The notes under the pieces were generated by a model. That model was given only the letters and a program-made list of their open reading frames with translations. It made no database searches and had not been told where the DNA came from. Position numbers and translations under genes: made by a program. This document shows, in pieces, positions 50,754-61,251 of a DNA stretch of 64,000 bases. The stretch covers positions 416,001-480,000 of the forward strand of contig CAVSAC010000012.1 in assembly GCA_963725865.1 (NCBI GenBank), read 5' to 3'. How positions within the stretch are numbered: position 1 is the first letter of the stretch; each line of letters begins with the position of its first letter. This DNA is from Candidatus Eiseniibacteriota bacterium. Its GTDB lineage: Bacteria; Eisenbacteria; RBG-16-71-46.

Positions 50754-52226
50754 TCAGCGCCCCGGAGCGGGGGAGCCGCGGGCGAAGGCGAGCGGCAGCA
50801 GCGCCAGCACCACCGGGGTGAGGATCGCGCCCCAGTAGTAGTCGAAGCGGTTGGCGCTGATCGCGACCAGGAACGCCGCCGGCACCGCCACCGCGGCCGC
50901 GAGCGCCCACCGCGCCGCCCGCTCGCGCAGCGCCACCGCGCCCCCCAGCGCCAGCAGCGCGAGCCACGGCGCGAGCGCGCCCCCATGCGGCATCAGCTCC
51001 AGCCCGTGGCGCAGCGCCCGCGTCAGCCGCGGCAGGCCGGGGCTGTGCAGCCAGGTCGCCAGCGCGAGCCCGCCCGCGCTCCCGGCCGCGGGCGCGGACA
51101 AGACGTGCAGCGCGATCGGCAGGATTGCGCCGCCGACGGCGATCAGCAGGGCGGGCACACGCGCGCGCGGGCGACCGCCGAGCCACCACGCGAGCACCCA
51201 CACCGGAACGTAGAGGATCGCCAGCTCGCGGAACGCGACCGCGACCGCGAGCGCGAGCGCGCTCGCGACCCAGCGCCCGCGCGCCAGCAGCGCCAGCGCC
51301 ACCACCACGACGCCGGCCGACCACGGCTCCGCGAACGTGAACCACGAGCGGTCGGCGAGCACGAAGAACGCGAAGAACGACGACAGCCCGATCGGGGCGA
51401 GCAGCGCCACGCCATCGCTCGCGAAGATGGCCGCGAGCCACCAGCCCGCCAGCGCGACCAGCAGCGCGAACGCCACGAACCAGCCGAGCAGCGCGGTGCC
51501 GCTCGCGCCGGGCAGCACGCGCCAGAGCTCGAACAGCGCGGGCTCGCGGAAGCTGAGCGGGGTCGCGATGCGGCCCTCGAAGCGGGCGTCCTCGCTCCAG
51601 GCCTGCTGGAACGCGGGGTAGAACGCCACCCCCCGCCGCATGAGCGCGCGCGTGCGCAGGTACAGCTCCCCGTCGAAGTCGTAGCGCTCGGGCTCGACCG
51701 TGCGCGCGTACACCGCCTGCCGCGCCTGCAGCGCCGGCGCGTAGGGCCCGCCCGCCAGCCCGAGCGTCCAGAGCTGGGCGCCGCACACCAGCGCGAGCGC
51801 CAGCGCCACGGCGAGCGGGCGCGAGATCCGTGCGCGCGCCCACGCGGCGCCCACCGCCACCGCCGCGGCGAGCGCCACGCCCAGTGCCAGCGCGATCCCG
51901 GTCGCGGCGGTGGGTGCCCCCGCGAGCAGCACGAGGCCTCCCAGCGCCGCGCCGCCGGCCGCGATCCGGGCGGCGTGGGCGGCGTCGCCGGCGACCGGCG
52001 GCGCGAGCGCCACCACCAGCCCCGCGAGCAGCCCGCGCGCGACGAAGCTGGCGAGCCAGCCGGGCGGGAACGCGGGCGTGCCGGGGAACATCACGAACGC
52101 GAGCGCTCCGGCGGCGGCGAGCGCGAGCGCGCCCGCGCGCGTCGAGCTGCCGTCGGGCGCGAGCGCGTGCGAGGCCCGGTCGTCGGACGGAGCAGGCGCG
52201 CGCGGCGCGTCGTGCGGGCGGTTCAC
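50754..52226 (-). CDS. Polytopic membrane protein (possible GT-C-fold glycosyltransferase)
   Basis: GTG 52226 overlaps the TonB receptor stop; many TM segments; loop YDFDGELY...FREP, and FRE motif. Confidence 0.65.
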   Translation of the reverse strand: MNRPHDAPRAPAPSDDRASHALAPDGSSTRAGALALAAAGALAFVMFPGTPAFPPGWLASFVARGLLAGLVVALAPPVAGDAAHAARIAAGGAALGGLVLLAGAPTAATGIALALGVALAAAVAVGAAWARARISRPLAVALALALVCGAQLWTLGLAGGPYAPALQARQAVYARTVEPERYDFDGELYLRTRALMRRGVAFYPAFQQAWSEDARFEGRIATPLSFREPALFELWRVLPGASGTALLGWFVAFALLVALAGWWLAAIFASDGVALLAPIGLSSFFAFFVLADRSWFTFAEPWSAGVVVVALALLARGRWVASALALAVAVAFRELAILYVPVWVLAWWLGGRPRARVPALLIAVGGAILPIALHVLSAPAAGSAGGLALATWLHSPGLPRLTRALRHGLELMPHGGALAPWLALLALGGAVALRERAARWALAAAVAVPAAFLVAISANRFDYYWGAILTPVVLALLPLAFARGSPAPGR

Positions 52227-54700
52227 CAGCGCGCCCCGATGCTCGCGCGCAGCTCGCGCGGCGGCGTGCCGAGGCGCGCATCGTGGACCGGCACCCAGTG
52301 ACCGGGATCGCCGGCGGGCAGTGTGCTCCAGAACGCGCCGCCGCCCTGGCCGGTCGCGGTGCGGTAGGCGCCGTAGTCGTCGTAGATCGTGTTGATGAGC
52401 GGGTTGGGATAGCCGTCGAGCGTCGCCACCCGATCGCCACGCTCGTCGAACAGGTTGCGCGCCTCGATCCCGAGCGTGAACCCGTACGCGCGCGGCGGCG
52501 TCCACTGCAGGCTCGCGTTCGTGGCCTCGGTCCAGCCGAGCCGCCCGCTGTTGGTGAGCCCGAGGTCGGCCACCTGCTGGCGGACCTGCTTGGGCGTCCA
52601 CGGTAGCGGCGAGCCGACCGCGGTCGACCACGCGAACGACCAGCGCTCGCGCCACTGCCACGCGCCGATCAGCGCGAGCGAGTGGCGGCGGTCCCACGAC
52701 ACCGGCGGATCGCCGGTCGACGGGGTGCGCGCCTGGCGCACGGTACCGTACGGGTCGCCCTCGGCGCGCGACTCGTTGCCGCGCGCCTGCATCCAGGTGT
52801 AGTGAGCCTCGAGTCGGCGGTGCTCGCCGCTCGCGTGGACCAGGCTCCACTCGAAGCCGACGGCCGCGCTCTCGTCCTCGTTGGCGTAGCGCAGATCGAA
52901 CGGGCCGTCGGCGATCGTGAAGTCGCGCGCGCCCACCTGGTCGAACACGTCGCGAAAGAACACGGAACTCTGCAGCGCCCATTCCGGGCCGAACACGTGC
53001 TTCACCGCGGCCTCGTACGAGACCACCGTCGCCGGCACCAGCGCCGGATCGCCGAGCGGCTGGCGGTTGGTGATCGCCGTGCGCTGGTCGTACAGGTAGT
53101 CGCGCGCGGGATCCTGCTGGATGCGCACGTACGCGAACGAGAACACGTCGCGCACCGAGATCGGATAGGCGATGCCGAGCCGGGGCGCCAGCGACCACAC
53201 GCCGCCGCGGCCCGGCAGGGTCTGGCGGTCGCGCTCGGAACCGGCCGTGAAGTACTCCGCGCGCAGTCCGGCGTTGAGGATCATGCCGCCGGAGGCCCAG
53301 CGCGTCTGCACGTAGCCGAACGCTCCCGGCGCCCCGGCGCGGTACGCGCGGATGGAATCGAACGGCTGCGGTCCGAACACGTCGGCGCCGAAGCGCCCCG
53401 ACGGCAGGAAGTCGGTCTCGCGCAGGCGCACCTGGTCGTGGTGCACGCCCGCGCCGGCGGTGAAGCGGGTGCCCCGCCGGTTCACCAGCTCGCCGTCGGC
53501 GCGCAGCGTGACCACGTCGCTCGCGCTCTCGCGGTACAGCGGGTAGTCGCCCCAGAGCACGTAGAACAGGCTGCGGTCGTTCGAGTTCCCGTACGTGGGC
53601 CGGAAGTCGATGCCGCCCCGGTAGCCGCCGCCCACCGACGTCACGCTGCGGGTGCGCAGCCAACCGAGCGTCAGCGTGCCGCTTGCCGGGCCGCGGCGCG
53701 CCGTGGTGCTGAGCAGCGTGGCCAGCGTGCGCTCATCGGTGATCGCCAGGTGGTCGGCCGCGCGGTAGCGGAGGTAGCCGGGCAATTCCACCGGGCTGAA
53801 GATCGGCGAGACCTTGGGATTCGGATCGATGTAGGTCCAGCCGTCGAGCGACCAGTTGGGGCTGTAGGGCTCGTGCACCTGCCGGCTCACGAACACCTGG
53901 GCCGAGAACCGGTCCGGCTGCTCGATCGGCGCCAGCTTGAGCGAGCCGAGCAACCGGTTTTCGGCGCGCCAGCCGAGCGAGAGCCCGGCCAGCTCGTGCC
54001 GGCGCACCGTGCGCAGCATCGGCAGCGAGGTGTCGTCGAGCGTCACGTCGCTCGCCGCCACCGCGCCGAGCCCGAGCAGCGGCAGCGGCGCGGACGCCCG
54101 CGCGCCCACCCGGTCGTAATGGGTGCCGCTGCGGCCGTCGCTCTGCCAGCGCCACTCCGCCGACGGGCGCGGCCCGGGGTCGAGCGTGCGCAGCGCGAGC
54201 ACGCCCGACAGTCCGCCGCCGTACTGCGCGTCCGGCGTGCCGCTCACCAACTCCGCGCCGCGCAGCGCGAGCAGCGGCACCTCGAGCGTGCGGTGACGCT
54301 GCGGCTCGTCGAGGCGGATGCCGTCCAGCTCCACCACCGTCTCGCCCGAGCGGCCGCCGCGCACGTGCAGCTCCTCGGCCTGCGCGACCACGCCCGCCTG
54401 CAGCGCCACCACGTCGGCCAGGTTGTCGATCGGGTAGGCGTGCAGCGCGGTGCTCGGCAGCAGGTGCACGGTCTGGCTCGAGCGCAGGTCGGGCAGCAGC
54501 GCGTGCACCTCGATCGGCGGGAATCGCTTGACCACACGGCGCGGGATCGAGTCGGTGTCGGCGATCGCGGTCGCGAGCGCGACCGGAGTGGGTGATGCGG
54601 CCAGGGTGGAGGTGGGGACGGCGAGCGCGAGGGACAGCGTCAGCAGGGTCGCGAACAAGGGCGCCTCGTAGGGGAGCACCGCGCACAGGGGCGCGCGCAA
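52223..54700 (-). CDS. TonB-dependent receptor
   Basis: Plug VVALQAGVV...LHVRGGRSGE...AQYGG; NAGLRAEYF, PRLGIAYP, RNLFD; terminal IGARW. Start uncertain. Confidence 0.88.
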   Translation of the reverse strand: MRAPLCAVLPYEAPLFATLLTLSLALAVPTSTLAASPTPVALATAIADTDSIPRRVVKRFPPIEVHALLPDLRSSQTVHLLPSTALHAYPIDNLADVVALQAGVVAQAEELHVRGGRSGETVVELDGIRLDEPQRHRTLEVPLLALRGAELVSGTPDAQYGGGLSGVLALRTLDPGPRPSAEWRWQSDGRSGTHYDRVGARASAPLPLLGLGAVAASDVTLDDTSLPMLRTVRRHELAGLSLGWRAENRLLGSLKLAPIEQPDRFSAQVFVSRQVHEPYSPNWSLDGWTYIDPNPKVSPIFSPVELPGYLRYRAADHLAITDERTLATLLSTTARRGPASGTLTLGWLRTRSVTSVGGGYRGGIDFRPTYGNSNDRSLFYVLWGDYPLYRESASDVVTLRADGELVNRRGTRFTAGAGVHHDQVRLRETDFLPSGRFGADVFGPQPFDSIRAYRAGAPGAFGYVQTRWASGGMILNAGLRAEYFTAGSERDRQTLPGRGGVWSLAPRLGIAYPISVRDVFSFAYVRIQQDPARDYLYDQRTAITNRQPLGDPALVPATVVSYEAAVKHVFGPEWALQSSVFFRDVFDQVGARDFTIADGPFDLRYANEDESAAVGFEWSLVHASGEHRRLEAHYTWMQARGNESRAEGDPYGTVRQARTPSTGDPPVSWDRRHSLALIGAWQWRERWSFAWSTAVGSPLPWTPKQVRQQVADLGLTNSGRLGWTEATNASLQWTPPRAYGFTLGIEARNLFDERGDRVATLDGYPNPLINTIYDDYGAYRTATGQGGGAFWSTLPAGDPGHWVPVHDARLGTPPRELRASIGARW

Positions 54701-54862
54701 GTGCTCATGGGACCCGGCCGACCTCGGGCAGGGTGCCCGCCCGCGCGCGCGAGTTCAACCGAAAACACGCAGATCGCGTGCCCTGACGATCAAGCCGCAT
54801 CGGATCCCGGCCGCCGACTATACTGGGGCGTCCAGCCACTCGCACCACCGAGGGCCGACCCC

Positions 54863-55453
54863 GTGCCTTCCAGTTCCGACCCCGCCTCCGAGCCCCTGCT
54901 CGTCACCACCGAGCTGCTGCGTCGCGCCAAGCAGGGCGACGACCAGGCGCTCGGGCAGATCGTGGCGCGCTACCTGCCGCGGCTGACCCGCTGGGCGTGC
55001 GGCCGGCTCCCCCTGCGGGCGCGCTCCCTGTACGACACCGCGGACCTGGTGCAGGAGACGCTGTTGCGGGTGCTCCAGGGGCTCGACCGCATCGAGGTGC
55101 GGGGCCCGGGCGGTTTCCAGGCCTATGTTCGCCAGGCGGTCCTCAACCGTATTAGGGATCAGATCCGCCACACCGACCGGCGGCCCGGGCCACCCGGCGT
55201 CCCCGAGGACCTCGAGGCTCCGAGTCCGTCGCCGCTCGAGGTGGCGATCGGCGCCGACGTGGTCGCGCGCTACGAACGGGGACTCTCGACATTGAGCGAG
55301 GAGGAGCAGCAGCTCCTCCACCTGCATGTGGAGCTGGACTACAGCTACGCCGAGATCGCCACCATGACGGGGCGGCCGAGCCGGGACGCGGTCCGCATGG
55401 CGGTCCAGCGCGCGCTGCGCCGGCTCGCGGAGGCGATGGGCCATGAATCGTGA
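54863..55453 (+). CDS. ECF sigma factor (kinase-associated)
   Basis: LLRRAKQGDDQAL...DTADLVQETL...NRIRD...YSYAEIA...AVRMAVQRALRRL; overlaps the kinase start. Confidence 0.9.
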   Translation: MPSSSDPASEPLLVTTELLRRAKQGDDQALGQIVARYLPRLTRWACGRLPLRARSLYDTADLVQETLLRVLQGLDRIEVRGPGGFQAYVRQAVLNRIRDQIRHTDRRPGPPGVPEDLEAPSPSPLEVAIGADVVARYERGLSTLSEEEQQLLHLHVELDYSYAEIATMTGRPSRDAVRMAVQRALRRLAEAMGHES

Positions 55454-57161
55454 CGCCCGGAGCATCGAGCGGCTGCTCGAGTCCTGGTCGCGGGGCGAAG
55501 TGGTGGACTGGGAGCGCGCCGATCGGGGCGCGCATGACGACGACGATCGCGCGCAGGTGCGCGCGCTGCGCGACGTCGCGCGGATCGCCGACTTCAGCCG
55601 CTCGCTGCAGCACTCGGCGCTCGGCACCGATCCCGACGCTCCCGAGCGCTGGGGCGCGCTGTTGATCCTCGAGCACGTGGGCGCCGGCGCGAACGGCGAC
55701 GTGTACCGCGCGTGGGATCCCTCGCTCCAGCGCGAGGTCGCGCTCAAGCTGTTGCGCGCGCCCGCGGCCGCGGGCGGCGATCTGATCGGCGAGGCGCGGG
55801 CACTGGCGCGCGTGCGCCACCCCGACGTCGCCACGGTGTTCGGCGTCGCCGAGCACGACGGGCGCGTCGGCATGTGGATGGAATTCCTGCGTGGCGCGAG
55901 CCTGGCGGCCGAGGTGGAGCGCCGCGGCGCGCTGCCCGCCGGCGAGGTGATCCGCATCGGCGTCCAGCTCGCCCGCGCGCTCGCGGCGATCCACGCCGCG
56001 GGCCTCGTGCACCGCGACGTGAAGCCCGCGAACGTGGTGCTCGAAGCGGCCGAGCGCGCGGTGATCACCGACTTCGGCCTCGGCCTGCGCGCCGACCTGA
56101 CCAGCCTCGAGGCGCTGACCGCTTCGGGCACCCCGATGTTCATGTCGCCCGCGCGGCTCGACGGCCAGCCCGCGACCCCGCCCGACGACGTGTACGCGCT
56201 CGCCGCGACGCTGTGGAACGCACTGTTCGGCGCGCCGCCGTTCGCCGCCCACACGCTCGCCGAGCTACGAGCGGCGGTGCGCGAGGGACCGTCGGCCGCG
56301 GTGCGCGCTCAGCGCCCCGAGGCGCCGGCCGCGCTGGTGCGCGTGCTCGAGCGCGCGCTCGCGCCCGATCCCGCGCGGCGCATCGCTCGCGCGGAAGAGC
56401 TGGCGGCGGCGCTCGAAGCGCTTGGAGCCGAGGCGGCCACTCCCGCGCCGCGGCGCGTGTCCGCGTTCGCATGGGCCGCGGTGACGGCCGTGGTGCTCGC
56501 GAGCCTCGCGCTGTGGCTCGCGCTGCGGTCGCGCGCCCCGCACGCGTCGCCCGCGCCGGCGGCGAGCTCGGCACCCGCGGTGGCTCCCGGCGCGTACGAC
56601 GTCTCGGCCGCGCTGGTGCGGCGCAGCGAAGGCGGCTACGAGCGGCTCTCGCCCGGCGATCGCGTGCGGCCCGGCGACCGGCTGTCGCTGGAGTTCCACG
56701 CGACGCGTCGCGTGTGGCTCTACGTGCTGAACGAGGACGAGCAGGGTGCCGCGTTCCTGCTGTTCCCGACAGCCGACTTCGACCAGCAGAACCCGCTCGC
56801 GGCCGAGACCACGCTGGTGCTGCCTGGCCTGATGCACGGCCAGGAGAACGCGTGGACCGTGACGAGCCGCGGCGGGCGCGAGCACTTCCTGGTGGTGGCG
56901 AGCCCCGAGCCGATCGCCGAACTCGAGGCCGGGCTCGCCGACCTGCCGGCCGTGAGTCCCGACCGCGCGGTGCGGTACGCCCCGGTCTCCGCCGGCACCG
57001 TCGAGCGCCTGCGCGGCGTCGGCGGCGTGCGCCCGCTGCCCGCGGCCACACCCGCGCGGCGCGCCGGCGTGTTCGAGCAGTTCCGCGCGCTCGCCGGCCG
57101 CGAGCGCGGCGTGACCGGCGTGTGGACACGCGAGATCACACTGGAGAACCCGCTGCACTGA
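55443..57161 (+). CDS. Membrane Ser/Thr protein kinase with C-terminal DUF4384-like domain
   Basis: VGAGANGDVY, VALK, HRDVKPAN, DFG, GTPMFMSP, TM, then GDRLSLEF...LYVLNEDEQG...LLFP...GREHFLVVAS. Confidence 0.88.
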   Translation: MNRDARSIERLLESWSRGEVVDWERADRGAHDDDDRAQVRALRDVARIADFSRSLQHSALGTDPDAPERWGALLILEHVGAGANGDVYRAWDPSLQREVALKLLRAPAAAGGDLIGEARALARVRHPDVATVFGVAEHDGRVGMWMEFLRGASLAAEVERRGALPAGEVIRIGVQLARALAAIHAAGLVHRDVKPANVVLEAAERAVITDFGLGLRADLTSLEALTASGTPMFMSPARLDGQPATPPDDVYALAATLWNALFGAPPFAAHTLAELRAAVREGPSAAVRAQRPEAPAALVRVLERALAPDPARRIARAEELAAALEALGAEAATPAPRRVSAFAWAAVTAVVLASLALWLALRSRAPHASPAPAASSAPAVAPGAYDVSAALVRRSEGGYERLSPGDRVRPGDRLSLEFHATRRVWLYVLNEDEQGAAFLLFPTADFDQQNPLAAETTLVLPGLMHGQENAWTVTSRGGREHFLVVASPEPIAELEAGLADLPAVSPDRAVRYAPVSAGTVERLRGVGGVRPLPAATPARRAGVFEQFRALAGRERGVTGVWTREITLENPLH

Positions 57162-57198
57162 GCGCGGGGCCGGCGCCGCCGGTGCTATCGTCGCGCGC

Positions 57199-59298
57199 GT
57201 GGAAACGAGCGAGATCGCATCGGTCGCTCCGCGCGACGGACGGGCGTCGCGCCGCACCATCGTGGTCGCCTGCATCTGCGGGCTGATCGCGTTCGCCGGT
57301 TACGCCGCCACCGCGTGCCGCACCATCACGTGGTGGGAGGGCTCCAGCTATTCGCTCGCGGCCGCCACGCTCGGAGTCACCGCCCCGCCGGGCTCGCTGC
57401 TGCTCACGCTGCTCGGCTGGCTCGGGACGCGCGTGCCGGTCGTCCACCCGCTCGCGTTCCAGCTCAACCTGCTCGCCGCGCTGATCGCGGCGGTGCTGGC
57501 GGGACTGGTGTGCGCCCTCGCGATCCGCCTCGCGACGCCGGACGATCGTGGGCCCCGCGCGCCGGAGGCGATCGGTGGCACCATCGCCGGACTCACGCTG
57601 GCGTTCGCGACGACGGTGTGGACCTACGCGGTCCAGTTCACGCCCTATGTCCTGAGCGCGTGTTTCGCGGCGCTCATCCTGCTCGCGGCGCTCTGGTGGT
57701 GGGAGGGCGCGGAGGAGCGGGAGCGCTCGGGACGTCTGCTCGTGCTGTTCCTGCTGTTCGGGCTCGACGTCAGCGTGCACCGCACCAGCCTGCTCGCGCT
57801 GCCGGCCGCGCTGGCGTGGGTGACGCTGCGACGGCCGCGCGCGTGGCTGCGGCCCACGGCGTGGGCGGCGATGGTGGGGGGCTTCGCCGCCGGCCTCGCT
57901 CTGCAACTGCTCATCATCCCGATGTCGGCGCGCGGTCCGTTCCTGAATCTCAACCAGCCGCACGACCTGCCGCGGCTCTGGGCCTATGTCTCGCTCGAAC
58001 AGCAGGGCGGCGGCTTCCTCGTGAACCTGTGGCCGCGGCGCGCGGACTTCGTGCACGTGCAGCTCGGCGACTTCGCGAGCTTCCTGCGTCAGAACCTCAT
58101 ACCCGCCGACGGCGGTCCGTTGCGCGTGCTGCCGGTGATGCTCGCGCTCGTGGGACTCGGCGTGCTGCTGCGCGGCTCGCCGCGCCTTGGGCTCGCGTGG
58201 CTCGGCTTCTTCGTCTGCGCGGGCCTCGGCGCGGTGGCGTACTTCAATCTGCCGCCCCACTACTTCCGCCCGATGGGGCGCCACTACCTGCCGGCGCTCG
58301 TGGCGCTCGCGCCGCTGATGGGCGTGGGCGCCGCGGCGATGCTGCGCCTCCCCGGCGGGCTGCGGACGATCCCCCGGGTGCTGGCGGTCGGAGCGCTCGG
58401 GGTGGTGGTGGTCCTGCTGCCGTGGACGCAGTGGACGAGCAATCATCGGGCCTGCGATCTCTCGCGCACGCGCTTCGCCGATAACTTCGCGCGCGACCTG
58501 CTCGAGCCGCTGCCGCCGCGCGCGGTGCTGCTGACCAACGGCGACAACGACACGTTCCCGCTCTGGTACCTGCAGCAGGTCGAGGGCGTGCGCCGCGACG
58601 TGACGGTGATCAACCTGCCGTGCGCGAACACCGGCTGGTTCCTCGACCAGCTGCGCCGCCGCGATCCCGACCTGCGCCATCTGCTCGACGCCGAGCGCGG
58701 ACTGGACGTGCTCCTTCCGGCCATGGTGCGCGACACGGTCGTCGCGCTGCGGGTCGAGCCGGGCCCCGGATCCGCGCTGCCGCCGGGGATGGCCGCCGCG
58801 GACTCGATCACGTTGCGGCTCCCCAGCATGATGGTCGCGAGCGATCGCGCGGTGCTCGACCTGCTGCTGCAGCTGCGCTGGCAGCGGCCAGTGCACGTCG
58901 CGGTGACCGTGCCGCCCGATCGCATGCCGTGGCTGTGGCCGTATGTCCGGATCAGCGGGCTGACGTTCGCGATGGTGCCGAGCGCGGACTCCTCGGCGCT
59001 GGACCTGGAACGACTGCGCCGCACGGTGACCGAGCGCCTCCACTGCGCAGACCTCGCCGATACCACCATCGTGCTGGACCGCGACTCCCTTCCGATGGTC
59101 AGCAACTACCTGGCGGCGTTCGTCCAGCTCGCCGAAGCGCAGCTGGCTCGGGGAGACCCGGAGGGCGGGCTGGAGACCCTGCGCCTGCTCGAGGCGCGGG
59201 TGCCGCCTCGGCGTCTGGGACTGGAGCCCGACTTGCTCGTGCCCCTGCGCGCGGAACTCCTGGACGCCCTGAAGACGCGGCAGCGCGTCCCAGGGTAG
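57199..59298 (+). CDS. DUF2723-domain membrane protein (TMEM260/GT117-like glycosyltransferase)
   Basis: TITWWEGSSY...LGVTAPPG...WTYAVQ...Y; NGDNDTFPLWYLQQVEGVRRDVTVINL. Confidence 0.85.
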   Translation: METSEIASVAPRDGRASRRTIVVACICGLIAFAGYAATACRTITWWEGSSYSLAAATLGVTAPPGSLLLTLLGWLGTRVPVVHPLAFQLNLLAALIAAVLAGLVCALAIRLATPDDRGPRAPEAIGGTIAGLTLAFATTVWTYAVQFTPYVLSACFAALILLAALWWWEGAEERERSGRLLVLFLLFGLDVSVHRTSLLALPAALAWVTLRRPRAWLRPTAWAAMVGGFAAGLALQLLIIPMSARGPFLNLNQPHDLPRLWAYVSLEQQGGGFLVNLWPRRADFVHVQLGDFASFLRQNLIPADGGPLRVLPVMLALVGLGVLLRGSPRLGLAWLGFFVCAGLGAVAYFNLPPHYFRPMGRHYLPALVALAPLMGVGAAAMLRLPGGLRTIPRVLAVGALGVVVVLLPWTQWTSNHRACDLSRTRFADNFARDLLEPLPPRAVLLTNGDNDTFPLWYLQQVEGVRRDVTVINLPCANTGWFLDQLRRRDPDLRHLLDAERGLDVLLPAMVRDTVVALRVEPGPGSALPPGMAAADSITLRLPSMMVASDRAVLDLLLQLRWQRPVHVAVTVPPDRMPWLWPYVRISGLTFAMVPSADSSALDLERLRRTVTERLHCADLADTTIVLDRDSLPMVSNYLAAFVQLAEAQLARGDPEGGLETLRLLEARVPPRRLGLEPDLLVPLRAELLDALKTRQRVPG

Positions 59299-59394
59299 AG
59301 CGGCACTTCCGAAGTGCCCGCGGACCACGATTGCCGAACAGCCGTCCCGCGCGGGATGACGCCCGCGCGTCGAACCGATCGCCTGCTCGACGCG

Positions 59395-60771
59395 TCAGGC
59401 CGAAGCGCTGGTGATGTGTGGGACCCGTCGCGCCCCAGGGGGCGCCAGGCGCGAGATCGCCGCCCGCAGCCGCGCTTCGAGTGGCGCCCCGAGCAACTCG
59501 TCGCCGAGCGGCGCGGCGCGGCGCGCCTCGTCGGCCCGGAAGCCCAGCCGCCTCAGCCACGGGATCACTTCGTCCACGCTGGCCTGCTGTGCGGCCGCGC
59601 GCTCGCGCGCTTGCGCGGCCTTGGAGGCCGCCTCACGCGCCGTCCTGGCTTCGCGGGCCTGCTTCGCCTCGCGTGTCGCCTCCGACCGGCGCCGCGCTTC
59701 GTCGCGCTGGTGGCGCATGAATTCGACGCCGTAGGTGCGCTCGGCCGCGAGCTGGTTGTGCGCCCGGCACAACAGCCGCAGGCCGCTGGGCGTCGCCTGA
59801 CCGTCGCGCGCGAATGGCTGGGCGTGGTCGAACTCGAGCCGTGTGCGCGCCTCGCATCGATGGCCGCTGTCGCTTACGAACGTGCACTGGCCACCATCGC
59901 GCTGCCAGACCATGCGCCGGATGGCGGCCGGGATGTACCGCCCGTCGTTCGTGCCGCGCGGCCGGCGGCTGGGCCGCGTGCGGGCGGTGCGGGCGAAGCG
60001 GCGCTGCTCGAGTTGCGCGATCAGCGCGTCGAGGGCGCGCTCCAGCACCTGGGCCAGGTCGCCCGACGGCACGGTGTGGCCGAGGAGCGTCTGCGCGTAG
60101 CGCAGCTTGTCGTGCGTGCCCTGTGCGATCGTGACCTGCAGCGCGAAGCGTCCAGCAGAGAGCGGCGCGAGCTTCGACCGCGACCCAACATGCCCCGACG
60201 CAGGGTGAGCGCCGGCGACTTCAACTGGCGCCAGTGTGAGTGCGCCATCGCAGGCGCTCTCAGGCTCGGCGGAATGTCCAGAAACGGTGAGAATCACATG
60301 CGCCGGGGCATGTTGTTCTCCATGTTCACAAGCGACGAGCGGCTGCACCAGCGCCGGCAGGTCGGGCCGCGGGAAGCGCTCGGCGATCAGCCGCTGGATC
60401 CCAGCCTTGCCGTGATGCGTGGTGGCCGCCAGCAGGTCGTCGGCGTTCTCCGGGGTGAGGTACGGCGCCAGCAGGTTGACGCCGCTCAGGTGCAGGCGCC
60501 CATCGGCGAGCATCGGGAAGATCGCCGGGAAGCGCCGCGCGATGCGGGCGGCCTGGATCCGCTTGGCGGCCGCGTCCTCCGACAACTTCAGCTCCCCCAC
60601 GCACCAGGCGTACATCGACGGGTACCCCGCCGGCAGGTAGAGCTTCCGAGCATCGACCTCGGCCAGATGCGCCAGCATCGCCGCGGTGGTGACACGGTCC
60701 TGGGCGGCGAGCGAGGCCAGATCCCGCAGCAACGTGTGATCGGACAGATGCGAAAGCGAATAGGGCTTCAT
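59395..60771 (-). CDS. DUF222-like/HNH endonuclease with RuvA-CTD-like tail
   Basis: MKPYSLSHLSD...LAHLAEVDARKLYLPAGYPSMYAWC; RYIPAAIRRMVWQRDGGQCTF...C...LEFDH...LRLLCRAHN; LRRLGFRADEARRAA. Confidence 0.85.
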   Translation of the reverse strand: MKPYSLSHLSDHTLLRDLASLAAQDRVTTAAMLAHLAEVDARKLYLPAGYPSMYAWCVGELKLSEDAAAKRIQAARIARRFPAIFPMLADGRLHLSGVNLLAPYLTPENADDLLAATTHHGKAGIQRLIAERFPRPDLPALVQPLVACEHGEQHAPAHVILTVSGHSAEPESACDGALTLAPVEVAGAHPASGHVGSRSKLAPLSAGRFALQVTIAQGTHDKLRYAQTLLGHTVPSGDLAQVLERALDALIAQLEQRRFARTARTRPSRRPRGTNDGRYIPAAIRRMVWQRDGGQCTFVSDSGHRCEARTRLEFDHAQPFARDGQATPSGLRLLCRAHNQLAAERTYGVEFMRHQRDEARRRSEATREAKQAREARTAREAASKAAQARERAAAQQASVDEVIPWLRRLGFRADEARRAAPLGDELLGAPLEARLRAAISRLAPPGARRVPHITSASA

Positions 60772-61120
60772 GACGGGACTCCGCGGCGGGGGCAGAGTCG
60801 CGGGGGCAGTCTCCACTTCTTAGCACGGGCGCTCGAGACGCTCACGCGTGCCGCGAGAGCGCACGACTCCCTTCGATACGCAATCGCAGCCCCAGGCAGT
60901 CGGACAACGGCCACGGCGCGCGGCCTGCGCGCGCACAGACGCCTCGCCCGCGAGCGCACCGGAGTTCGCACTTCGGGGGGCGCGAAGCCTGTCAAGGGGA
61001 TTCTCGGTCCGCGCGATTCGCGAACTTCGATCGCGCCACTGCGCGCGCGCGATCGCGCCGCCGCGCGCGCGATCGCGCCGCGCAGGTCGGCAGGACTGAT
61101 GCCCGGCACTGCGCGATGAA

Positions 61121-61148
61121 GCCGGCCCCGCCCTTCGACGGGGCCGGC
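61121..61148. terminator. 10-bp GC hairpin downstream of the 61252 gene
   Basis: GCCGGCCCCG-cccttcga-CGGGGCCGGC; weak U tract. Confidence 0.4.
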
Positions 61149-61251
61149 CCGACACGGCGCGGGGTGGCGCCATGTTCATCGCGCGACCGTCGCGATCGGG
61201 GGCTGCACCGCGCTCGGGGCGCGGCCATCGCGACCGGGGGCCGCGCCCGGA

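Noticed and set aside
60850..61250. CRISPR-like or REP array upstream of the HNH gene
   Set aside because: Only two adjacent GC-rich copies, no regular spacers and no cas genes.
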